A stretch of DNA of 63,926 bases, filler included, from Octopus bimaculoides (GCF_001194135.2; 3 parts of 3 records of this genome joined end to end with filler, not necessarily neighbours in it), one strand, 5' to 3'; numbered from the whole stretch's first letter, positions 13,949-27,058 are shown. The notes: generated from the letters alone by a model not told the origin. Numbers and translations are program-made.

Positions 13949-13992
<44 letters not shown>

Positions 13993-14226
13993 GCATATGT
14001 ATGCATAACGTCATGTATTCTACGTATGTACGTCTGTAAATATCTATATTTGCATGTGTATGTATATACGTAAATGTGTATTGATCTACATATGCACACA
14101 CATATATACTACGTATGTATGATCCAGTATATGTATGTATATTTGTGAGCACATAGACGTGTGTCTACGTGTGTGTGTGTGTGTGTGTGTGCACGCATGT
14201 GTGTGTGCACGCATGTGTGTGTGTGA
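13740..14226. repeat. Compound (TA)n/(TG)n microsatellite field
   Basis: Read directly from the sequence. Confidence 0.9.
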
Positions 14227-15024
14227 TAGTGTATTTGTATATTTTTTTCAGCTTATACACGCTTATAGCCACGAAATCATACATTATCTAAATGCATTTA
14301 TTTGAATATGGAGGTACATGCATTTGTCTTTATTTATATATTTTCAAAGTCCCAGGAGAAACATTTTAGAGCTCTCCTATAAATAACCTATAGTAACAAA
14401 ATCAATCCAACCGGTTTTATTTTTAACTGCTGAATTCTTTTGTTTTTTAATCTAATAACGTCAACTCTAGCTTTGACCCCCTTCTGACATATGCTGTCTT
14501 ACAAATCAAATCAGTATTATCTATAAGCATTTTTATATGAACCCTAAAATAGCGCGACTCATTGTATATACATGAATCTAAGGTGTCATAAGAAAATTTT
14601 CAACCAATATAAATTGTGACATCAATAAGACACACCTGCCGCATGAACCCCTACACACATTTAATTTTAACATCTTTTACATACACGCTAAACTGTGACC
14701 CAGCAATAACCAATTCCCCTATCAAACGAGAAAAATTATCTCAACTATTCGTTCCTCTCTATACACAGCCTACAAATAAACCTTTATCCTGCTTTTCTCT
14801 ACCCTACTTCGTATATTACACTCTTTTCCATGCTGTCGACAAATTCAATTATGCCACATCTAATTTTGATACATATTATTCCAATCACCACAGAAGTACC
14901 CTGTCACAATAAATTAAAACATATATATATCGTTTCGCTCCAATTATATATTGCGTTTTTAACACAGCATGTCTATGTAAAGATATTTTTCTCAAACAAA
15001 AACAGCAGAATTATGCTTGTAAAC

Positions 15025-15075
<51 letters not shown>

Positions 15076-15258
15076 CGTGCGTATATAGGTATTTATATTT
15101 GAACATTTTCAAACTTTCTGAAGCTGCCCGTGCGACACAAGCCCACATATCTTATCATGATTACAAATGTTGGTTCCTGTTCCATCAGCTGCCTTAAACT
15201 TTTTCTTTCTAAAAGTATTTTTAATCCAATAATTGCCTTCCATTATATATGTATATTC

Positions 15259-15478
15259 GTTTCAAATTTTGGCACAAACTCAGCAAGTTTGAGGGATGGG
15301 GTAAGTCGATTATATCATATCAACTCCAGTGCCTAACTGGCATTTATTTTATCGTCCCCGAAAGGATAAAAAGCAAAGTCGACCTCAGCGGACATTTAAC
15401 TTAGAACTTAAAGACGGACGAAATGCAGCTAAGCATTTTGCCTGGCGTGGTCACGATTCTAACAGCTCACCGTCTTAA
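15259..15478 (-). mobile_element. SINE family B (about 215 bp, tRNA head)
   Basis: Reverse complement of 'gagctggcagaatcgttagcacgcc..gagttcaaattccgccgaggtcgactttgcctttcatcctttcggggtcgataaa..gtgccaaaatttgaaac'. Confidence 0.8.
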
Positions 15479-16921
15479 AATTTATAAATATCAATGTTTG
15501 TTTTTATGTCATGCTATAGACTAAGAACTTAACAATTGACTGAAGAATTATTCAATATTTTTAGCACAGTACGTATTTATCATAGTTTTACGAGAAGAGA
15601 GATGACGTCACTCCTCTTCTTATGACGTATTATACATGTATGTGAGTGTGTGTGTGTGTGTGTGTGCGCGCGCACAACGTATGCGCATGTTGTGCTATCA
15701 AAGGATCTTTGTATTTATTGTATACCATAGCATATATATCAATATATGAGCTTGTTTCTGCCATTACAATATTTCACGTGCCTGATATATAATACTGTTA
15801 TATATATGCGTGTGCTTTTACTATTACAATGTGTATGTATTTCTGGCATACAGCAGCATGTATATCTTTATTTGCGGGTCTTTCACTTAACGGAATATCT
15901 TTGTATTTGTAGTACATAATGTTGTACATACTAATGTATGCGTGTGTATTGCTATTACAATGTGAGTTTATTTCTGTTATACAACAGTGCATATAGCATT
16001 ATATGCGTGGGTTTCAGGCATCAACATATGCATCAGTATATGATATAACAATGAGTGTGTTTCTAGTGTCGCTGTATGCGTGTATTTCTGACACCACCAT
16101 ACGCGTGTGTGATTCTGGTTTCACTGCATTGGTGTGTACACCAACGTAAGAATGCGGCGGTGGCGGCGGCAGCTGCGCTATTATTTTAACTTATTAATTT
16201 CATCCGCAGCTTCATCACCGCCACCACCACCACCACCACCACCACCACATTATCTCTTTCACTCTCTCTCTCCCTCGCATCCTGCCCATCATCTACTCTC
16301 TTACACTTTCTCCGTTTTCTCCTCCCTTTGACGCTCTCCTTTCTCTTTCTCCCTTCTCTCCTCCTTCTCCTTCCCCACTCTCCCTTCTCTCGCTCTCTCT
16401 TTCTTTCTCTTTCCCACTCTCCCTCTGTCTCCCTCCCTCTGTCTCTCTCTCTCTCTCCCCCTCTCTCCATTTATTATATATTTTTTCCAGTTAGAGTTTC
16501 ATCCCATTACAGTGTTTTCGGCATGAATTTAATTAGGCTTTGTTCTCAAAGGAATACCGCCTGACTTTATGGACATAATATTGACAATGCTTCGTTCGTA
16601 GAGAATAAATTGAATTTCAAAGAGCACTGTTAATTTCGGGTCGAATCTCTTACGTAACACACCGGCTAATATCACATTCTAACCAATGACAGAACGGACT
16701 CCAGTGATTTCTTAGCCAAGCTCTGCTAATTATTTTTGGGTTTTGTAAGAGCTGATTCTTTGTTATTTTTGTTACTTTTTGCCGTTGTATGTTCGTAGAT
16801 TGGATGGGGAGAAGGAGTGGGTAAAATAAATTTAGAGAAACCTATTCCAGTTGCAATTATATGGACATCAAATAAGCTTGATTCAGTTCCTGACCTTTTA
16901 TTGTGCGTTATTCCATGCGCT

Positions 16922-17121
16922 TATGTATGTATGTATGTATGTATGTATGTATGTATGTATGTATGTATGTATGTATGCATGCATGCACGTATGTATGTAT
17001 GAGTGTATACATATTTGTATGAACATAGATATGTATATGTATGTGTTATATATTTATATATATACATACATACATACATATATACATACGTACGAACGTA
17101 CATACTGCGTGGGTTTTATGG

Positions 17122-17188
<67 letters not shown>

Positions 17189-17760
17189 TATATATATATG
17201 TAATTATATATATACGTATGTATATGTATGTACGTACGTACGTATGATATACGTGTGTGTAAATATATACATATATATATATAGGTATGTACGTATATAT
17301 ATATATATTGTGTGTTGCATATATTTTCATAGGTACATATACATATACTTGTGTATGTATATATAGATATACATGTGTCTGTTTATTCAGAGTTACGCAT
17401 ACTCACTCGTATTTATGAAGCATATATTTATGTATGCATAATATATGCGTAAGCGTTTACGCTTGTGTCGGTTTGCAATATATGTCAATCTGCTATTGTA
17501 TGATTGTGCGCGTGTGTGTGTTTGAATATGTGCTGTTAAATGCGTGGGAAGTATATTTGCGTAATATTTTCTGGTTATTCATAAATTTGTATACATGTAA
17601 AGGTAGCATTCAGGTATATGCACATATAGGCATATATATTGCTATATAACTACACACACATACACATATATAGCAATATGCATGCGTATACTTAAACACA
17701 TAAATGTATACATACACACGTAGTACGTAAGCACACACACACACACATATATATGTGTGT
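16922..17760. repeat. Compound (TATG)n/(TA)n/(CA)n microsatellite field
   Basis: Read directly from the sequence. Confidence 0.9.
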
Positions 17761-17979
17761 GTGAGAGCGTTTGTATAAGGATGTGTATTCTTACAGTTTA
17801 ATGATTCGTTTATTTATTTAATCTGTTATTCTTTGTGTTCTACTTAACAAAGAAATAAAGCACCCATCGCTGATAGGAAGCAACTACGGGGAAGTCTTGC
17901 ATATTATTAATCTTCAGAGAAGTATCTCAGAAACAAGGGTGTTTGCATATTATGTGTCTGTGTATGTATGTATATTTAC

Positions 17980-18023
<44 letters not shown>

Positions 18024-18784
18024 GTTCCTGTGTGTGTCCATGTGTTTGGGTGTTTGTGTTTGTGTCTGTGAAAGTGTGTTTATTTATATGTGTGTGTATA
18101 TATGTATACATTTATATGAATATATCTATTTTTGCATGCATATACTTGCTAAGTTTCTGGTGTGTTACCATGATGTCAGAAAGCTGATTTTGCGAAATAT
18201 GTTAGATTCTATTTTGCGCCTTTTTATTGAAAATACAGTTCTTACCAGTTGTTTTATGGCCTCATTTAATTCCTTGTTTAACGATGTTCTCTTACCTCCT
18301 TTTTCCCCCTCTTGAAAATCTATATATAAACAAAATCTTTGATGAGAATCTTCTACAGACCTCTCCTGGTATCTTCAGGTATTTCCATTTTTCTTTTACT
18401 GCTTCCGGTGATTCCCATGACTCTGTTGTCATCCAATTCCATTATTGTGAATTTAAATTGAGTGCTTGAGTTATAGTGAATCTTTCATTAGCTAATTACA
18501 CAACCATGGACGCTACCCCTATGGATGCACTGCAACTGTTCCCTTGATAGAGATTGGTGATCTAGGATTCCTCCGTTCAGCATCAATATAAGAAGCAACG
18601 TTGGTTCAGTTGATCTCTTCATCTACCTCTTCACAATCCGCCATGCTACAGCCTCATGACTTCGCCTTATCCATGACAGGGTGGAAGAACGAGTGCTATG
18701 CCTGGCCAAAGGGTACACTGTAACTATGTAGGGCACGGTTGTCACTCCGTGAGGAATTTTCTACATACTCACATACTCATTTCC

Positions 18785-18979
18785 ATCACTCTTTTACTCT
18801 TTTACTTGCTTCAGTCATTTGACTGCGGCCATGCTGGAGCCCTGCCTTTATTCGAGCAAATCGACCCCAGGACTTATTCTTTGTAAGCCTAGTACTTATT
18901 GTATCGGTGTCTTTTGCCGAACCGCTATGTTACGGGACGCAGACACACCAGCATCGGTTGCCAAGCGATGCTGGGGGGA

Positions 18980-19041
<62 letters not shown>

Positions 19042-19220
19042 TATACATATATATACGACGGGCTTCTCTCAGTTTCCGTCTACCAAATCCACCCACAAGG
19101 CTTTGGTCGGCCTGAGGCTATAGTAGAAGACACTTGCCCAAGGTGCCACGCAGTGGGACTGGACCCAGAACCATGTGGTTGGTAAGCAATCTACTTACCA
19201 CACAACCAATCCTGCGCCTT
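18785..19220 (-). mobile_element. Near full-length SINE family A
   Basis: Tail, (CA)n core and tRNA-like head all present and well preserved. Confidence 0.85.
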
Positions 19221-19715
19221 AATATAACTGACAAGCATTTCGCTGACTTCAGATACTGAGTTTCATTAAAACTACACGAGTATCTGGAACAAGAATGGAC
19301 CACAATAACAGTGAAGGACTTAAGATCATATTTATATAAAATAACGATTTTCTTTATATAGTATAATTGAGATTCACACTCTCCAGTATTTCATTCACAT
19401 AGATATTGATCATAGCCCCCGATTAATTCTGTAAGTCACACAGCAGACTCAGATAAATATCTCAGAACTTGAGATATTACCTAGTAGTAATCATGTGTAT
19501 CTTATATAGATATATTCACATACACATGCACGTGAGCGTACATGTATTTTCTCTCTAATGCTTGTGAGTATGTATCTTTGTGCATATGCAAACGCATACG
19601 TACACGCGCACACACACGGGGACACACACACACACGTATACATATATATAAAGATTATATATATATATATATATATATATNNNNNNNNNNTTATTTTTCT
19701 GTATATTGTTGTTGT

Positions 19716-20020
19716 TGTTGATATTATTATTATTATTATTGAGTGAGAGGGCAGTGCATGCCATCAAAGTGACACTGGGGTAAAATATACGAAGTCCATT
19801 ATACCCATCATGATTACACGTCAGATAAGGGTACACCAGGCACATGCATCACAAGCATGTGTGCGCGACATGGTTATCTCATATCAAGATAAACAGCGCA
19901 TGGCCTTGCAGGTGGGGGCCAGTTAGAATTTTCTTCAGGTCGAGTAGCTCATCCCGTTCAAAAGCTCTTTGAATAAGGGTTATTTCCAAATGTGAATTAT
20001 CCAAACCCCAAAGAATTCCT
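19716..20020 (-). mobile_element. 3' end of an unclassified retroposon with (AAT)n tail
   Basis: GC-richer non-coding block abutting an (ATT)n/(GTT)n tail. Family assignment is by resemblance only. Confidence 0.4.
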
Positions 20021-20925
20021 CCTAACACATTTCAGTAGCTGTTAGGTTTCTCAATTCACTGATCTTCCAGTTTCTTGTGTTAAAGCTGTAATTTACGACT
20101 GCTATGGCTAGCGTGTTTGTACCTATTATCTTATTTTTAGCATTAAGTTCAATGTTTAATAATCGTCTAACTCTCCTGTAACATTCTCTTCTAATTTTCT
20201 CTTTCATTTCTGTGTGTTGTACTTTAGCTGTTTCGTCTATTCCTATGTATTTGTATGAGCGGTTGTATTCTAATTCTTTAATTTCTTTGTCTATGTCGAG
20301 TGCAGTGTCTTCAGTGCAGAATAATTTGCCTCTTCTCAGTGAAACTCCGGCACATTTGTTCATACCCATGTCCATTCCTATGTCATTGCTGCAACTCTGG
20401 AAATTTTGATAAGGTTTCTCTGTTTCATAGTGCTTTTAGCGAAAAGTTTTAGGTCATCCATGTACAGGAGATGGCTTATTTTTGGTCCATAGCACCTATA
20501 ACCCATGTTGGTTTCGTTTAACAAGGTTGTTGGAGGAGAGGCTAAGAGAAAGGAAGAAAAGCAGGGTGACAGTGAGTCTCCTTGGAAAATCCCTCATCTT
20601 ATGGGTACAGGGTAGGCTTTAATAACTTGTGAGTCATTTTTTTTTAATGTTATGCCGGTTTTCCAGTTTGCCACTGCATGTTTAATATATTTTAGTAATG
20701 GGGGCGCCACTTTATTTGTATGAAGAGATTCCAGTATCCATGAGTGTGGAATACAGTCGAATGCTTTTTGGTAATCAATCCTAGTCATGTTCAGGTTTAT
20801 CTTTCTCCTCTCACAGTCATCTACAATATCTCGGTTTACCAGAAGCTGCTCTTTACAGCCATACATCCTTCTCCGACACCCTTTTTGTTTTTCTAGTAAA
20901 ACATTAGTATTTTTGCAGGTGCTTT
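20020..20925 (-). mobile_element. R4/Dong-clade LINE reverse transcriptase fragment (pseudogenised)
   Basis: Peptides GCKEQLL..IDYQKAFDCIPHSWI, GIFQGDSLSP, HLLYMDDLKLF, YKYIGI..RRVRRLLNIELNAKNKI. Confidence 0.85.
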
Positions 20926-21289
20926 TGCTGGTTGTTGTTGTTGTTGTTGTTGTTATGTCTATATACCCTATATACCTACGTGGACCATTTTCATACTAGC
21001 TAACAACTTAATTCTATTCCTTCAGCATGAATGCAACATTCAAAATGCTGTCAAAATACTGCCTGGATTTACCTGGGATAATATCAAAGGGCCTATGCCT
21101 TCACGGAAGTACGGATCAAGTACGGAGCTGTGAACTTTATTCTCCTGTCTAAATTCTTCTATCTACTGTTTTACTGTTTATTCTTCTATCTACTATGTTA
21201 TTCCTTATTAACTGTGAATTTTCCTGTCTAGATCTTTCGTACATACTCACCTTATCTCTGATGACGGAATACTCAGTGTACGGACAAGC

Positions 21290-21527
21290 TAGGAGGGTTG
21301 CAGTCTGGGGAGTTAGATGGCCAGATGTTAGGCGCGAATGCTACGCAGTACAGCATGTCGTTTCCAAATTTCTGGCAGACTGATTTGCGTCATGGTGCTG
21401 TTTTTCACACAAACAGTGCCCAACTGACCCTACTATACTGTGTAGTTGACAACAGCAAAATCAAACAATGCGCTTGCACAGAATTAAAAATATAAAATGG
21501 CGGTAATTTACCCATCGCACCATGTAT
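21290..21527 (-). mobile_element. 5' part of an internally deleted Tc1/mariner DD37D-type element
   Basis: Starts TA-CATGGTGCGATGGGTAAATT. Encodes MTQISLPEIWKRHAV fused to IWPSNSPDCNP. Inverted copy of 22552-22680. Confidence 0.65.
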
Positions 21528-22551
21528 ATGTGTGTGTGTATATATATATACATGCATATATATATATATATANNNNNNNNNNNNNNNNNNNNNNNNNNNN
21601 NNNNNNNNNNNNNNNNNNNNNNNNNNNNNNNNNNNNNNNNNNNNNNNNNNNNNNNNNNNNNNNNNNNNNNNNNNNNNNNNNNNNNNNNNNNNNNNNNNNN
21701 NNNNNNNNNNNNNNNNNNNNNNNNNNNNNNNNNNNNNNNNNNNNNNNNNNNNNNNNNNNNNNNNNNNNNNNNNNNNNNNNNNNNNNNNNNNNNNNNNNNN
21801 NNNNNNNNNNNNNNNNNNNNNNNNNNNNNNNNNNNNNNNNNNNNNNNNNNNNNNNNNNNNNNNNNNNNNNNNNNNNNNNNNNNNNNNNNNNNNNNNNNNN
21901 NNNNNNNNNNNNNNNNNNNNNNNNNNNNNNNNNNNNNNNNNNNNNNNNNNNNNNNNNNNNNNNNNNNNNNNNNNNNNNNNNNNNNNNNNNNNNNNNNNNN
22001 NNNNNNNNNNNNNNNNNNNNNNNNNNNNNNNNNNNNNNNNNNNNNNNNNNNNNNNNNNNNNNNNNNNNNNNNNNNNNNNNNNNNNNNNNNNNNNNNNNNN
22101 NNNNNNNNNNNNNNNNNNNNNNNNNNNNNNNNNNNNNNNNNNNNNNNNNNNNNNNNNNNNNNNNNNNNNNNNNNNNNNNNNNNNNNNNNNNNNNNNNNNN
22201 NNNNNNNNNNNNNNNNNNNNNNNNNNNNNNNNNNNNNNNNNNNNNNNNNNNNNNNNNNNNNNNNNNNNNNNNNNNNNNNNNNNNNNNNNNNNNNNNNNNN
22301 NNNNNNNNNNNNNNNNNNNNNNNNNNNNNNNNNNNNNNNNNNNNNNNNNNNNNNNNNNNNNNNNNNNNNNNNNNNNNNNNNNNNNNNNNNNNNNNNNNNN
22401 NNNNNNNNNNNNNNNNNNNNNNNNNNNNNNNNNNNNNNNNNNNNNNNNNNNNNNNNNNNNNNNNNNNNNNNNNNNNNNNNNNNNNNNNNNNNNNNNNNNN
22501 NNNNNNNNNNNNNNNNNNNNNNNNNNNNNNNNNNNNNNNNNNNNNNNNNNN

Positions 22552-22928
22552 TTTGTGTGAAAAACAGCACCATGACGCAAATCAGTCTGCCAGAAATTTG
22601 GAAACGACATGCTGTACTGCTTAGCATTCGCGCCTAACATCTGGCCATCTAACTCCCCAGACTGCAACCCTCCTGATTATTACGTGTGGGGCACAGTTGA
22701 GCGAGAGACCAACAAAACTCCATGTAACACAAAAGATGAACTGAAGGCAAGGATTATGGCAGCATTCACCAACTTAAACAAGGAAACCGTCCAGAAGAGC
22801 TGCAGCAAATTCTGAAGTCATTTGGAGGCCGTGGCTGAAGCCAATGGCGATTTTATTGAATAAATTTACTCCTTAGTATTGCAAGATATCTTTATGTAAT
22901 TTTGGTAAACATATCTGTTAAAATGAGA
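22552..22928 (+). mobile_element. Internally deleted Tc1/mariner DD37D-type element (transposase C-terminus)
   Basis: WPSNSPDCNPPDYYVWGTVERETNKTPCNTKDELKARIMAAF...LEAVAEANGDFIE*. Confidence 0.75.
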
Positions 22929-22938
22929 NNNNNNNNNN

Positions 22939-22985
<47 letters not shown>

Positions 22986-23376
22986 TTACGCTTATACATT
23001 ATTGTTGGTTTTTTGCACCTCAAAAGGTGTATATTTCAGCGTTCGTGCTAGTAAATATAAACACGTTGTTGACTCGTTATATTTCGCTTAATTTAATGAA
23101 TATATCCTTGTCAGCTTTCTTCACACCATTTTGCATCTTTGTGAAAATCATTAGTCCCTGAAGTAATTAGCCTATTTTGATGAGTTTTCGTTAGTTCGGG
23201 TGGGAGTTATGAGACACGCTACTTTACGATTAACATCTTAGAGTCTCATGGTTTCCAGTTCAAATCCAGTTCCCTTAATTCAGATTTCCATTCACGAATA
23301 TGAAGCATTTTGACTTAAAAGAGCTTTTAAAATATTATATTAGATTCAAAGAATTCTACTCTTTAAGGTAAATGAT

Positions 23377-23572
23377 TTTAAATTTTGGCACAAGGCCAGC
23401 AATTTCGGTGGAGGGGCTAGGCTAAGTTGATTACCTCGACTCCAATACTCAACTATATCGACTCTGAAATGACGAAAGGCAAAGTCGACCTCGGTGGAAT
23501 TTAAAATCATAACATGAAGACAGGCGAAATACCGCTAAGGATTTCGTTCGCCGTGCTAACGATTCACCGCCA
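23377..23572 (-). mobile_element. SINE family B
   Basis: Matches 15259-15478. Confidence 0.8.
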
Positions 23573-23884
23573 ATATTTAAGGTAATTAAAATTACTAAGT
23601 TATTTAAAATTATTATGCGCTGAGCATCTGCCGCGCATCTGTCCGGCATCTGTCGGGCATCTGCCATTTAAGATTATCTTTGGTATGCAGCTATTTTTGG
23701 AACTGAGAATTAATTCAATTAAGATCGTGCGTCATAATAATCGTGGGGCAGCGCACTAGATATATAAGAAGATAGCGAATGGTAATCCTTATATGCTAAC
23801 ACAGGCACACCTTAACTTACGTCAGTTCGAATTACGTCTTTGCCGGCTTTACGTAGATTTTATAATGAATTAAGATGAAGGACA

Positions 23885-24050
23885 AAGATCCTTCCCGACT
23901 CATATAGACTCACGGGGCCTGTTTTCCGGTTTCCGTGGCTTATATATTCCCCCTTGGACGGGACGCCGGTCCGTCGCAGCGTCAACCACTTTTGCTAGTT
24001 GAGTGAACTGGAGCGACATGAAATGAAGTGCCTTGTTCAAGAACACAACA
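23885..24050 (-). mobile_element. Fragment of another SINE family
   Basis: Minus strand reads 'gtgttcttgaacaaggcacttcatttcatgtcgctccagttcactc', a SINE central-domain-like motif. Confidence 0.5.
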
Positions 24051-24587
24051 ATCATATATATATATATATATATACACACGCACATGCACACATATATGTG
24101 CATATGTATGAATATGTGCGTAAATGTCTATGTTCCATAATTATAAGTATTCACCGAATTTTGGTTGTAGAAAAGAATCTAACATTGGGGCATGTAAGCT
24201 CGCGACAGAAAATGAATGGGTATTTGTACGCGCGGGAATCGAACACATGCCTCTCTTATAAGTGTGCTGGCCGATTACATCAACTTACCCGCCAATATCT
24301 TTCTGTTATATCAAGGACTTATGATTTTCATAGTGTTGTGTCAACAAACAAGCACGTGTGTATTCTGCATTGAATTATGAAATATATTTTACAGTGCTTG
24401 GCACGTGCTCCTGACTCTTAAACTGAGTCGCAGGCGTGTGATCCTGTTATGGAGAGAAAGACTCGACACCAAAGTTGATTTTGAAGAGGGTTCTATTCAG
24501 AGGGCACAGAGTCTGAACGATTACTTCAACACAATCTATTCGATACCCAGCCGTGTCAAGCAACTGAACACTAGGCATGCACACACA

Positions 24588-24687
24588 NNNNNNNNNNNNN
24601 NNNNNNNNNNNNNNNNNNNNNNNNNNNNNNNTTAATTAATTAANNNNNNNNNNNNNNNNNNNNNNNNNNNNNNNNNNNNNNNNNNNN
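24588..24687. other. Artificial 100-bp scaffold-join spacer (44N-TTAATTAATTAA-44N)
   Basis: Exact symmetry, an all-frame stop linker, and an identical copy at 38666-38765. Confidence 0.9.
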
Positions 24688-25058
24688 AAAAAATAAAATT
24701 GAAATCAAAATATAAATAAAAATAAAAATAAAAATAAGGGTACAGCAGGAAAAAAAAAATAATAATAATAAAGAATACATAAATGAAGGTATAGCATGTG
24801 GGACATGCAAAAATATAAAAAAGATATATGTCAAAAAAACCCTTAAAAATACAAGGCACCCAAAAAGCCTACAAACACTATAGATAGGTCGCTATAGGCA
24901 CTCCAATGCACATCTATATGTGTGGGTTCATGTGCACAGCCTTACTTGGATGTCCCCTTACTCTCATGTGTGCATATACAAGTTTTTATAAGCAAACATT
25001 CCACCACATACGTTGTTTGTGGTATCAGCTCTATTAGCCGTATCTAGAAAGTTGTAAG

Positions 25059-25090
<32 letters not shown>

Positions 25091-25095
25091 TAGAT

Positions 25096-25462
25096 AATTT
25101 TATAATTAATTTATATAATTATAATAGGGCACATGCGGTGCCAGCATTGTTGTGAAAATCAGAGTCGAAAAATCCTCTAAGAAAACCATCAATCACTAGA
25201 AAAATAACACGCTATGAGCAAAGAAATTAACTTACCGTCTCAGCAGAAAGCCAAAGAATGTGGAAATAGATATCCCTGGATCAATTGATTTCAAATTTTG
25301 AGAGTTTATCTCCCTTAATTCTCATCAGCTGGTCTCACTATATACTTAGGGTTAAAACTTTGCTCGATTGATGGTTTTCTTAGAAGATTTTTCAACTCTG
25401 ATTTTCACAACAATGCTGGCACTATGTGTGCCTTATTATAGTTATAAATTAATTATAAAATT
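25096..25462. repeat. Long inverted repeat (arms 25096-25194 and 25366-25462, roughly 90% identical), probably an inverted PLE terminus
   Basis: Arms aligned by eye. The spacer contains a hammerhead motif. Confidence 0.8.
25270..25335 (-). ncRNA. Type I hammerhead ribozyme (intact core)
   Basis: CTGATGA, then stem II GAATT/AATTT, GAAA, palindromic stem III ATCAATTGAT and C17. Stem I is imperfect. Predicted cut between 25279 and 25278. Confidence 0.65.
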
Positions 25463-25574
25463 TTGGATTTGCTTGTTAGTTACTCATATTATTGTTGTTA
25501 TTATTCATTTTACTGATGTTGATAATTAATGATAATATCTATATAAATATTCTTAAATATTTAATCATTTAGTG

Positions 25575-25607
<33 letters not shown>

Positions 25608-26022
25608 NNNNNNNNNNNNNNNNNNNNNNNNNNNNNNNNNNNNNNNNNNNNNNNNNNNNNNNNNNNNNNNNNNNNNNNNNNNNNNNNNNNNNNNNNNNNN
25701 NNNNNNNNNNNNNNNNNNNNNNNNNNNNNNNNNNNNNNNNNNNNNNNNNNNNNNNNNNNNNNNNNNNNNNNNNNNNNNNNNNNNNNNNNNNNNNNNNNNN
25801 NNNNNNNNNNNNNNNNNNNNNNNNNNNNNNNNNNNNNNNNNNNNNNNNNNNNNNNNNNNNNNNNNNNNNNATATATAAATATATATAAATATATTTATAT
25901 TAAACAATAGGGTAAAAAATTGGATATTAATTAATATCAATTTAATACCAGGTAACTAGCACATTAAAAGAATCAGGGAGATTCAGAAAAAATATCTGAG
26001 ATCTCAAGGATTATTGCATATG

Positions 26023-26320
26023 TTTATATAAAAATATATACGAGTATATATACAGGAGGCCACTAGGTGGACTGGTAATGTGCTAGAAGAAGATCACATG
26101 TCATGTGCCTACTAAGACCGAATAATTCTCAAAGGGAATTTAGCGAAGCAACAAAAATGTAAAGCGGGCAAGACCAGTGAAAATTACACAAAAAAATACA
26201 ATTATCTGCAAACTTATGTTTCGAAATTTACATTTTCTTACCGAAAATATCTTCTTCTAGCACATTACCAGTCCACCTAGTGGCCTCCTGTATATATACT
26301 CGTATATATTTTTATATAAA
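26023..26320. repeat. Perfect 72-bp inverted repeat (26023-26094 / 26249-26320) with 154-bp spacer
   Basis: Base-by-base reverse-complement match. Confidence 0.9.
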
Positions 26321-26404
26321 TATATTTATACATATATTCATACACACATACATACACACATGCAGGTGCCCAACATACACACACACACACATATACATAC
26401 ATAG

Positions 26405-26850
26405 CTTTTATCTTTTGTTTCAGTCATTAGACTGTGACCATGCTGGGGCACCATCTTAAAGAACTTTAGTCAAATGAATCAACCCCCAGTACTTATTTTC
26501 TGTTTTTAAGCCTGGTACTTATTCTACCAGTCTTTCCTGCCAAACCGCTACATTATGGGTACATAAACACACATACATCAGTTGTCAAGTAGTGAGGGAG
26601 GACAAACACAGGCACAAAAGATGCACACACACATACACATGCACAAACACACACACACAAACAAATATATATATACAGGTGTGGGGGTGTATACATGATC
26701 ATGACAGGATTCTTTCAGTTTCCATTTAGCAATTCCACTTACATGGCTTTGGTCAACCCAAGCTACAGTAGAAAACACTTACCCATTGTGTCAGTGGGAC
26801 TGAACCCAGAACTATGTGACTGGGATGTAAACTTCTTAGAATACAACCAC
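26405..26850 (-). mobile_element. SINE family A
   Basis: Tail, (CA)n core and head present. Confidence 0.8.
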
Positions 26851-26874
26851 ATACATATATATGTATTTATTCTT

Positions 26875-27058
26875 TTATTCTTTTACTTGTTTCAGAAATT
26901 TGACTGTAGCCTGTTGGAACACCGCCTTAAAGGGTTTTTAGTCGAAGTAATCAACCCCAGGACTTATTCTTTGTAAACCTAGTACTTATTGTATCAGTCT
27001 CTTTTGCCAAACCGCTAGTTTATGGGGACATAAACACACCAACATCAGTTGTGAAGCG
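26875..27058 (-). mobile_element. SINE family A tail half running into a gap
   Basis: Matches the family A tail. Confidence 0.75.

Noticed and set aside
13638-18315. YI/CV/HT-rich ORFs
   Set aside because: They are translations of (TA)n, (TG)n, (CA)n and (TATG)n microsatellites.
18180-18700. Possible decayed LINE peptide on the minus strand (NWMTTESW..)
   Set aside because: Too few conserved motifs to assign.
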